Assembly: GCA_021818945.1 (NCBI GenBank) | Contig: JAKASV010000002.1 | Span: 721-64,720, forward strand | Source: a bacterium | GTDB lineage: Bacteria > Babelota > Babeliae > Babelales > Vermiphilaceae | Reading direction: 5' to 3' | Length of the DNA stretch: 64,000 bases | Shown here: one piece after another, positions 8,705 through 16,925 of the stretch | Layout: each line of letters begins with the position of its first letter | How positions within the stretch are numbered: the stretch's first letter is position 1 | The notes under the pieces: model-generated | Databases searched by the model: none | Told to the model about the DNA's origin: nothing | What the model saw: the letters and a program-made list of their open reading frames with translations, nothing else | Position numbers and translations under genes: made by a program

Positions 8705-10185
8705 AATTCACCATACTACATCTATGCTGGATATCATTATGTATGACCTGTTATACATTAGAAGCTGAAGATAATCATCTATCCCAAAAACCTATGGTCG
8801 TTATTATACCATCCTACAATAATCAACAATGGGTCGAAAAGAATCTGACCTCAGTTTTTAAACAGCAATATGATAATTATCACATCATATACATTGATGA
8901 TTGCTCGAGTGACGGAACCTACGCAATTGCGCAAAAAATCACGCAACAGTATAAACAACAACCTCGCACTACGATTATCCGTAATACTGAAAGATATGGA
9001 GCAATGGCAAACTTGTATACTGCCATTCACTCATGTAATGATACTGACGTTATTGTTACTCTTGATGGTGACGATTGGTTCGCACATGACCAGGTATTAA
9101 ACAAACTTAATAGTTACTATGCGCGCGATATATGGATGACTTACGGTCAATTTCAAGAATACCCAACAAATCGAATAGGTCATTGTATTCCTTTTCCTGA
9201 AGAGATAATAAAAAATAATGGCTTCCGGACTTTTCACACAAACAGATCAGTGTTACCAGCCTCACATTTGAGAACTTTTTATGCCTGGCTTTTTAAATCT
9301 ATTCAATTAAAAGATCTTCTGTATGAAGATTATTTCTATACCATGGGCTGGGATATTGCATTCATATGTCCATTGCTTGAAATGGCTGGCACTCGTCATC
9401 AATGCATTGATGACGTACTTTATATCTATAATATAATAAACCCACTCAGTGATTGTTATAGAAATGCAAGTCTCCAATTGCGTTTGGCTCAGTATGTTTT
9501 GAATCAACATCCATACAATCGACTTGATACCATAAGCTCTCTAGAGACTTTTGATAAAGATGATCGGACTAGTCTTATTCTTTTGGCTACACAAGGATTA
9601 TCAAACATATATACACTGCTTACAGATGTCTACACGTCAATCAAACCGCTCACAACACTCTCTTTGCTCTATGATTCAAGCTATGAAGATATACATACAT
9701 TGGACAATCTATCTTCCCTATTCCCTTCTGTGAGTGTTAAAAGCTACAATAAAGAATCGTTTAAAAATATTGTAGAGAAATGTATTAATGTGGCTACAGA
9801 AAACTATATTTTCTTGGCAACAGACACCATGACTATACGCGACTCTATCAATTGCACAGCCAGTATACGCGCACTCAAAAAAAGTCATACAACCGTCTAT
9901 TATTGTGCGTTGGCAAAGAAAAATACGATGTTGTTTGCTCAACCACATCTAGCACCAGTCAACAGTGATCATTCTGTATATGCCTGGTATAGCAATAATA
10001 AAAAAGGAACATGGGTTATTCCGACAATCGATGGAACATTATGGAAAAAAAGAGATCTACAAAAATTACTCACTTCATGCTCATATTACACCCCTGACGA
10101 ACTACGCACCAGTCTACACGATCAGGTCATTAACGGTCGACTTTTAGGTCTTGTCAATATAGATGCAAAAATTATAAGGAACTAA
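8701..10185 (+). CDS. two-domain glycosyltransferase (GT2 N-domain plus C-terminal extension), paralog 2
   Basis: Motifs MVVIIPSYNNQQW..IIYIDDCSSDGT..LDGDDWFAH. ATG 8701 overlaps the upstream stop (ATGA). The ORF-track TTG at 8674 is unlikely to be the start. Confidence 0.75.
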   Translation: MKFTILHLCWISLCMTCYTLEAEDNHLSQKPMVVIIPSYNNQQWVEKNLTSVFKQQYDNYHIIYIDDCSSDGTYAIAQKITQQYKQQPRTTIIRNTERYGAMANLYTAIHSCNDTDVIVTLDGDDWFAHDQVLNKLNSYYARDIWMTYGQFQEYPTNRIGHCIPFPEEIIKNNGFRTFHTNRSVLPASHLRTFYAWLFKSIQLKDLLYEDYFYTMGWDIAFICPLLEMAGTRHQCIDDVLYIYNIINPLSDCYRNASLQLRLAQYVLNQHPYNRLDTISSLETFDKDDRTSLILLATQGLSNIYTLLTDVYTSIKPLTTLSLLYDSSYEDIHTLDNLSSLFPSVSVKSYNKESFKNIVEKCINVATENYIFLATDTMTIRDSINCTASIRALKKSHTTVYYCALAKKNTMLFAQPHLAPVNSDHSVYAWYSNNKKGTWVIPTIDGTLWKKRDLQKLLTSCSYYTPDELRTSLHDQVINGRLLGLVNIDAKIIRN

Positions 10186-10186
10186 C

Positions 10187-11590
10187 ATGCGCAACAGTCT
10201 CATTTTTCTGTTTTGTGTGTTAACTTATATGGCTGTGTTTCATGTTCAACTGATTGCTTACGAAAAACCAATTGTTATTTTGGTGCTGGCTTATAACCAT
10301 GAAGATTTCTATGAGCGGAATCTCAACTCGATCATAAGCCAAAAATATGAAAATTATCGGGTAATCTTTATTGATGATTGCTCTTGCGATAACACATACT
10401 ACCATGCTAAAGCATATTGCGCTGATCAAAAGATCTTATCACGCATCAAGTTTATTCGTTCAGAATCACATCAAGGTCCTATTTCTCATATGTATCGTGA
10501 AGTACAAAAATGCAAAGATGATGAAATAATTGTCTTTATTGCAGGCTGTGACTGGTTTGCAGATTCTCAGACTCTCTCTATCATCAATAGCCACTATTGC
10601 ACGTCTGATATATGGCTCTCATATGGTGCTTATACCTGTTATCCCCATGACAACCATTCGACTATGGCAAAAACACTGAAAAGCTCTATGCAAGAACTTT
10701 GTACTTGTTATGCATGGCTTTTTAAAGAGCTTAAACTCGAAGACCTATTGAATAATCATATATTCTATACTTTAGATTGGAACTCAGTAATAACTGAGCC
10801 ACTCAAACGATTGGCTTGCACCAGATGCCGCCCAATTAAAACCATTTTGTATGTTCGTAATACAAGCAACACGATACTAAGACCCGTACAATCAGACAAA
10901 CCTATAAGCTGCCCCCTTAATAATTATATCCCCATTCACCAGCCACGCATCAAAAAATCAAGCACAGAGCCTGAGGCAAGTATACTTATATTTTCAACAG
11001 ACCCATCACATCTTGTACCTCTACTTGTAGGCATAAAGGGTTATCTATTTCATCATGCGGCCATAGACATAGTGTATCCTGCAGACGTGCAAACTGATGC
11101 GGCCTACCAAACTCTTATCGCAAAATTTTCATCTATCAACTTTATACGTTATGAGACGCACAATTTTAAATCTGCTTTAACACGATATATAGAACAGGTA
11201 CCATATACCTATATAATGCTATCCAATGACACTTGCAAGCAAATCTCACCTGTAGACCTACAGATATGCACACAGGCTCTTAATAATACAAATCTTGATA
11301 TTTTTTATTTACCAATTGGGCGCATCATATGCCCCTATGGAATGGCATTGTCTCAAGAAATCGCATGCATCGATACAGGCAATCAGATATACGCCTGGGC
11401 AAGTTCAAACAAAAATGGACATTGGCTATTGCCGATTCTTCAAATGACATTATTTTCAAAAAGCTATCTTAGCAATGTCCTCGATACCGCACGAGTAAGT
11501 AGCCCTGAAGACCTTCATATCTTGCTACATAGAACTATTGTACAAGAAAATAAATTAGGACTTATGTTTGATCAGATGAAGGTCATTTAA
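10187..11590 (+). CDS. two-domain GT2-like paralog 3 with a degenerate DXD
   Basis: It has the same architecture (ILVLAYNHEDF..VIFIDDCSCDNT), but the DXD position reads IAGCDWFAD instead of LDGDDWFAH. Confidence 0.65.
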   Translation: MRNSLIFLFCVLTYMAVFHVQLIAYEKPIVILVLAYNHEDFYERNLNSIISQKYENYRVIFIDDCSCDNTYYHAKAYCADQKILSRIKFIRSESHQGPISHMYREVQKCKDDEIIVFIAGCDWFADSQTLSIINSHYCTSDIWLSYGAYTCYPHDNHSTMAKTLKSSMQELCTCYAWLFKELKLEDLLNNHIFYTLDWNSVITEPLKRLACTRCRPIKTILYVRNTSNTILRPVQSDKPISCPLNNYIPIHQPRIKKSSTEPEASILIFSTDPSHLVPLLVGIKGYLFHHAAIDIVYPADVQTDAAYQTLIAKFSSINFIRYETHNFKSALTRYIEQVPYTYIMLSNDTCKQISPVDLQICTQALNNTNLDIFYLPIGRIICPYGMALSQEIACIDTGNQIYAWASSNKNGHWLLPILQMTLFSKSYLSNVLDTARVSSPEDLHILLHRTIVQENKLGLMFDQMKVI

Positions 11591-11602
11591 AAGGAACTCA
11601 CA

Positions 11603-12553
11603 GTGGATTGGCATAAAATTTTTCGATCGTATACAAGCCTTGTCGCTATCGTATATATCGTTATAGCATTGCAACTCTATAATCATGCCTTGAACAGTTC
11701 TCGTTCACTACTTTCTATTGACCTTTCATTGCAAACCGTTGACCTCATTATTTTTTCATTTGATCGCCCATTACAACTGTATGCTCTTCTTGAATCAATC
11801 GAGGTTCATCTTACAGGAATCGAAAGAACAACAGTCATCTATAGATCAAGCAATGAGCATTTCAATGACGCTTATGTAACCGTAAAACAACGATTCCCTG
11901 CGGTGATATTCCTGAAACAATGCACACAGCCAGCTTACGATTTTAAACCGCTAATTCTGCAAGCCGTTAGATCCGGAAAAACTCCCTATATCTGCTTTGC
12001 TGTTGATGATCTGGTGGTCAAATTATCAGCAGATCTGAGAATGGCTACGCAAGCTCTTTGTAAGTATAATGCCTATGGATTTTTTTTACGCATGGGAACT
12101 CATTTGACTGCCTGCTATACAGAAAATCAAGATCAGCCGCTCCCTTCATTAACACCCCTTTCTGATTCCATGCTATCGTGGACATTTAGCGATGGAAAAT
12201 GTGACTGGAACTATGCCCATACAGTCGATATGACTATATACCGCAAGCAGGATCTTATTACACAACTGATGACTATGGATTATGCAAACCCTAATCGGCT
12301 AGAAGGAATCTGGGCTCGGTATGCTCGGGCACAAAAAAATAAAAAAGGTATCTGCTTTGCAGATTCTGCAGTAGTTAATATCCCCTGTAACAGAGTACAA
12401 GAAGTCTGTCATAATCGACATATGAACTCCTGGTCGACGGAGCAGTTGCTCGAAAAATTTAATGCAGGTCTTAAGATTGATATTCATTCTTTATATGGGA
12501 TTAAAAATGAATCATGCCATATTTCTTATCCACTCACATTTATCGCTCGGTGA
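11603..12553 (+). CDS. stand-alone homolog of the C-terminal domain of the two-domain GTs (putative GT-A-like)
   Basis: DLIIFSFDRPLQLYALLESIEVHL and ICFAVDDLVV parallel SDMIIFTHNRPEKLALFLESIRSQM in the C-half of the 12558..14087 product. It has a GTG start with AAGGA upstream. Confidence 0.5.
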   Translation: MDWHKIFRSYTSLVAIVYIVIALQLYNHALNSSRSLLSIDLSLQTVDLIIFSFDRPLQLYALLESIEVHLTGIERTTVIYRSSNEHFNDAYVTVKQRFPAVIFLKQCTQPAYDFKPLILQAVRSGKTPYICFAVDDLVVKLSADLRMATQALCKYNAYGFFLRMGTHLTACYTENQDQPLPSLTPLSDSMLSWTFSDGKCDWNYAHTVDMTIYRKQDLITQLMTMDYANPNRLEGIWARYARAQKNKKGICFADSAVVNIPCNRVQEVCHNRHMNSWSTEQLLEKFNAGLKIDIHSLYGIKNESCHISYPLTFIAR

Positions 12554-12557
12554 TCGA

Positions 12558-14087
12558 ATGAAAAAAGTTTGTGCACTTTTTGTATTCGTTACTCTGTTAT
12601 CTCACATGACTCTTCTTGGTGCTAACCAGGGCACCCAGGACACCACTGAAAAACCACTTGTCATTCTTATCACCAGTTATAACAACAAAGATTGGTACCA
12701 AAAAAATCTTGATGCGATCTTTAACCAAAAATATAGCAACTATCGTGTGATTTATATCGATGATTGTTCAGAAGATGGAACAGCTGATCTTGTTGACAAG
12801 TATGTCCATGAACTCAATCAACAAGATCGTGTCAGTATTATAAAAAATAAAACACGACACTTTAAAATGAATAATCTGTGGCATGCTATACATATGTGCC
12901 AGGATAATGAAATTATCATTGAGTATGACGGAGATGATTGGTTTGCGCATAATCAAGTATTGCAGCGTATCAATGACGCCTATAAATCTGATATCTGGCT
13001 CACCTATAGTAATTTAGTTTCTTGGCCCAACGGTAAATCAGGCCCCAACACCACTATTCCACAAGATATTATAGATACAGGAGAATTTAGAAAATTTAAC
13101 GGTTGTTTTTGGTCCATGTTGCGCACCTTTTATGCATGGCTTGCCAAAGAAATCGCCCTCAAAGATCTATTATACGAAGGACAATTTATGACTCGCACAT
13201 CAGATGTTGCCATTATGTTTCCTATGATAGAAATGGCAGGCGATCGCTTTGAATATATTCAAGAACCACTATATATCTACAACGTACAAACTGCTCTTAA
13301 CGATTCAAAGGTAAACCCAGTCTTGCAAAAACGTCTTGAACTCCTATTACGCAGAAAACCATGCTATCCTAAAGCAACTTCTTTCCACCTTCATAAAGAA
13401 TATGAACAAGCAAAATCTGACATGATTATTTTCACTCATAACAGACCTGAAAAATTGGCACTTTTTTTAGAAAGTATCAGGTCCCAAATGCAAGGTCTAG
13501 ATTCGATCTATGTATATATAAGATCCTACAACTCTGATTCTTATACAAACATAATTGATGCATTTAATAAAAAAAAATCTCCTCAAATTCAAATGTATAC
13601 TATCAGACAAGACCATGAGTCATTACTTACTGCAGTAGATAACTCAAAAAATTGTTATATTGTCATTGCCCACGAATATGACTGTGTTATTGATACCATA
13701 GAAATTCCTCAATGCATCAAAGAACTTGAAAAAACAAAAGCCTATGGGTTCTATATGACACTACCTAATCCAAGAACAGTTTCGGGAACTACACCTTTTA
13801 TTGAGATTGATGAAAATATTGTTGCATGGCAATTCGCATTTGGCACAGATAGATGGGCACACCCTCTGAGCAGTTCATTAACATTGTATAAAAAAGAAAC
13901 AATTATAAATGCAATTAAAAGATTAGAACAGAACAATCTTGATCAATTGGCATTATTGGGATGCCAGTCAACTGCAGCTGATGATGATATCGGTCTTTGT
14001 TTTTGTACACCTAAAGCTTTAGATACTCATCTATTAATGGATATCATTGCCGGACAATCTGGAACTTTCAGATTTATTAACTGGTAA
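12558..14087 (+). CDS. two-domain glycosyltransferase (GT2 N-domain plus C-domain), paralog 4
   Basis: Signal-like N-terminus MKKVCALFVFVTLL, then LVILITSYNNKDW..VIYIDDCSEDGT..YDGDDWFAH. The ORF-track start at 12462 overlaps the previous gene, and ATG 12558 follows its stop. Confidence 0.75.
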   Translation: MKKVCALFVFVTLLSHMTLLGANQGTQDTTEKPLVILITSYNNKDWYQKNLDAIFNQKYSNYRVIYIDDCSEDGTADLVDKYVHELNQQDRVSIIKNKTRHFKMNNLWHAIHMCQDNEIIIEYDGDDWFAHNQVLQRINDAYKSDIWLTYSNLVSWPNGKSGPNTTIPQDIIDTGEFRKFNGCFWSMLRTFYAWLAKEIALKDLLYEGQFMTRTSDVAIMFPMIEMAGDRFEYIQEPLYIYNVQTALNDSKVNPVLQKRLELLLRRKPCYPKATSFHLHKEYEQAKSDMIIFTHNRPEKLALFLESIRSQMQGLDSIYVYIRSYNSDSYTNIIDAFNKKKSPQIQMYTIRQDHESLLTAVDNSKNCYIVIAHEYDCVIDTIEIPQCIKELEKTKAYGFYMTLPNPRTVSGTTPFIEIDENIVAWQFAFGTDRWAHPLSSSLTLYKKETIINAIKRLEQNNLDQLALLGCQSTAADDDIGLCFCTPKALDTHLLMDIIAGQSGTFRFINW

Positions 14088-14113
14088 ATCGTACCCTCAA
14101 TGTTGAGCATACA

Positions 14114-15448
14114 TTATGAACCCAAAAGATTAAGAAGCACGCGATTATAGATAAGTAATATACAAAAATAAGAACCATATGCAATTGCCATTGCGCCTAT
14201 ACAACCGGAAAGTCCATAGCAAGGGATTAATAATAAATTTAGTACACTATTGATTAATACTGCTACCGCTAACGCAGCAACAAAAATCCAGCATTTTTTT
14301 TGAAATTGAATGAAATTAGATACAAAATAGGAGCCAATGAGAAATATATAACTTACTAAGATACCAAGAATACAACCCACTGCTTTTTCATACCGAACCG
14401 GAATAATCCAATAAAGCATAGAACGAAACAAAAAATAACCAATGAAAGATACCATTATCAAGCTGCAAAGTACGAGTACCATAATGCGATGATTAGATCT
14501 TTCTATCTCTTTGATCGGTCTCACTGACGAACCATATGAATTCAATAATGCAGGACCATAAGCCCCTTGTAAAGGATAGACTATAAAGCGATAAAAAAGC
14601 TGTCCACCAGCATCAGCGACTGCAAAAACCCCTGCAACTTCCATCCCTGCATACTTTGCGACCATCCAGCGATTAAGCATCGCAAAAAGCCACCCAACTA
14701 TCATACTAGGTAAAAAAGGAATACCCAGTTTAAGATTATGGGCATATCGTCCGGTAAGATTCGTACAATGAAAAGTCTTATACAGTTGACAGTTACAATA
14801 TAAAAAGAGCCCAACTGAAAAAACAACAAAAACCATAAAAAATTGTATCCAAATAATGCTTGCAACCCCCCAGTGAAAATAGCCAACAGATACAACATTA
14901 AAGAGAGCAGTAAGCAGTGCCACAGTAAGCTGCATAGTTGTTACTGTTACTGCATACCTATGGTATTGTAATATTTGAAACATTATGTCATTAAAAAAAG
15001 AAAACAAGCAGATTAACAAAATTGCATATATCAGTATCGATTGGTGCATCGGCAAAAAAAGGTACTGGTAAATAAAGTGAGGGTACAATGCACACAGCAC
15101 TACTAGGGGCACTGCACTCACAAGATAAGTACCAATGATGTTGTTGATCACCAGGCTCCGATCTGAATCTGATGAACGAAAATAATCAACCATAAGTACC
15201 TGTGGCAAGCCCAGTCCAAGACATGCTATAGCAACATTATTGAAACTATGAATTAATGAAAGCAGACCATAATCGGCTGGACTTAAAAGCAGCATCATAA
15301 GGGGAGCCATAATAACCGAAATACTGCTCAAAACTATTTTGCCTGCAGTGTATACAAAAAAATGAGCGACTACTGATAAAGGCAACCGCTCTTTAACTGC
15401 CAAGCGAAGTTCTCGTACAGCCCACATACCTACTCCCGCTAAGATCAT
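14114..15448 (-). CDS. polysaccharide/oligosaccharide flippase (MOP/Wzx-like), polytopic membrane protein
   Basis: It is 444 aa with roughly 12 or more hydrophobic helices and sits at the end of the GT cluster. The family assignment comes from topology and context. Confidence 0.55.
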   Translation of the reverse strand: MILAGVGMWAVRELRLAVKERLPLSVVAHFFVYTAGKIVLSSISVIMAPLMMLLLSPADYGLLSLIHSFNNVAIACLGLGLPQVLMVDYFRSSDSDRSLVINNIIGTYLVSAVPLVVLCALYPHFIYQYLFLPMHQSILIYAILLICLFSFFNDIMFQILQYHRYAVTVTTMQLTVALLTALFNVVSVGYFHWGVASIIWIQFFMVFVVFSVGLFLYCNCQLYKTFHCTNLTGRYAHNLKLGIPFLPSMIVGWLFAMLNRWMVAKYAGMEVAGVFAVADAGGQLFYRFIVYPLQGAYGPALLNSYGSSVRPIKEIERSNHRIMVLVLCSLIMVSFIGYFLFRSMLYWIIPVRYEKAVGCILGILVSYIFLIGSYFVSNFIQFQKKCWIFVAALAVAVLINSVLNLLLIPCYGLSGCIGAMAIAYGSYFCILLIYNRVLLNLLGS

Positions 15449-16696
15449 TTAAAATGATGAATATATCGGAAAGTGCTTACACAGACTTTCAACCCGCTGC
15501 CTAACAGCTTCAATAAAACATTGCTCATCCCTATGCTTAATGACTTCATGCATCATAAAGGCAACATCTTGAGCCTCTTTCTCAGTCATCCCCCGCGTGG
15601 TAATAGCACTGGTACCAATCCGAATACCACTGCCAAGGGTAGGTTTTTGCGTATCGAACGGTATGCAACTGCGGCTCACTGTTATGCCGGCACACTCAAG
15701 TACCTGTTCAGCCTCTTTTCCATTACAGCCTTGCCCTGTCAAATCGATAATAATCATATGATTATCAGTACCACCCGAAACAATACGATAGCCCAATTCT
15801 GCCAATACATCTGACATCGCCCGAGCATTGTTAATAATTTTTTGCTGATATCTGACAAATTCAGGTCTTAATCCATTACCAAAACAGATCGCTTTTGCTG
15901 CAATAACATGCATACATGGTCCACCTTGAATTCCAGGCATCACTGTTCTATCAAGAGCTTGGGCAAAGCCATCTTTGCACATAACAAAGGCTCCGCGTGG
16001 CCCACACAAAGTTTTATGGGTAGTACTCGTGACAAAATCTGCGCAAGCAATAGGACTCGGGTGCAGCCCGGCAGCTACAAGACCTGCAATATGAGCAATA
16101 TCGGCCATAAAAAGAGCATCAACTGACTTTGCTATCTGTGCAAATTTTGCAAAATCAATAATCCGAGGATAGGCAGATGCCCCTGCAATAATAAGTTTTG
16201 GTCTACACTGCTGCGCTATAGTGTAAACCTGATCATAATCGATGCACTCAGTTTCACGAGATACCCCATAAGAAACAACCCGGTAGAGCGCACCAGAAAA
16301 ATTTGCTTTGTATCCATGAGTTAAATGCCCACCCGACACTAAATCCATTCCCAGAATAGTATCACCGGGTTTTAAACAACTCATATAGACAGCCATATTT
16401 GCCTGAGAGCCGGCATGTGGCTGTACATTAACATGAGATGCGCCAAAAAGCTTCTTACAACGTTCTATGGCTAGAGTTTCAACAGCATCTACAACTGAAC
16501 ATCCTGCATAAAACCGTTTTCCAGGCAATCCTTCTGCATATTTATTGGTCAATACAGAGCCCATAGCCTTCAAAATATTTGCCGGTGCATAATTTTCAGA
16601 GGCTATAAGGCTAATCTCGTTTTCCTGACGGGCCTCTTCTTTGTCGATAAGCAACGAAATTTCAGGGTCACCATCAAATTTAATGGGCATAATCAC
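15449..16696 (-). CDS. glyA: serine hydroxymethyltransferase
   Basis: Conserved motifs LIASENY, VNVQPHAGSQAN and TSTTHKTLCGPRG (PLP lysine). Confidence 0.95.
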   Translation of the reverse strand: MIMPIKFDGDPEISLLIDKEEARQENEISLIASENYAPANILKAMGSVLTNKYAEGLPGKRFYAGCSVVDAVETLAIERCKKLFGASHVNVQPHAGSQANMAVYMSCLKPGDTILGMDLVSGGHLTHGYKANFSGALYRVVSYGVSRETECIDYDQVYTIAQQCRPKLIIAGASAYPRIIDFAKFAQIAKSVDALFMADIAHIAGLVAAGLHPSPIACADFVTSTTHKTLCGPRGAFVMCKDGFAQALDRTVMPGIQGGPCMHVIAAKAICFGNGLRPEFVRYQQKIINNARAMSDVLAELGYRIVSGGTDNHMIIIDLTGQGCNGKEAEQVLECAGITVSRSCIPFDTQKPTLGSGIRIGTSAITTRGMTEKEAQDVAFMMHEVIKHRDEQCFIEAVRQRVESLCKHFPIYSSF

Positions 16697-16925
16697 CTCA
16701 TGAGTAGACCTTATTCATCATTACAAAGTATACCCAATAGCACAAAAAATAAAAAAAGCGTTTTAAACTGAAGAGAACACTATTTAAAATTCATGTTGAA
16801 ATTTTAAATATTACTGGTATTATTATTAATAAAATTATTTAATTTTTATCAAAATGGAGATCTGTCAACGTGACCAAGTTATGGTTTCAATATACTATTC
16901 GTTTTTTTAATTAAGGAAGACCCTT

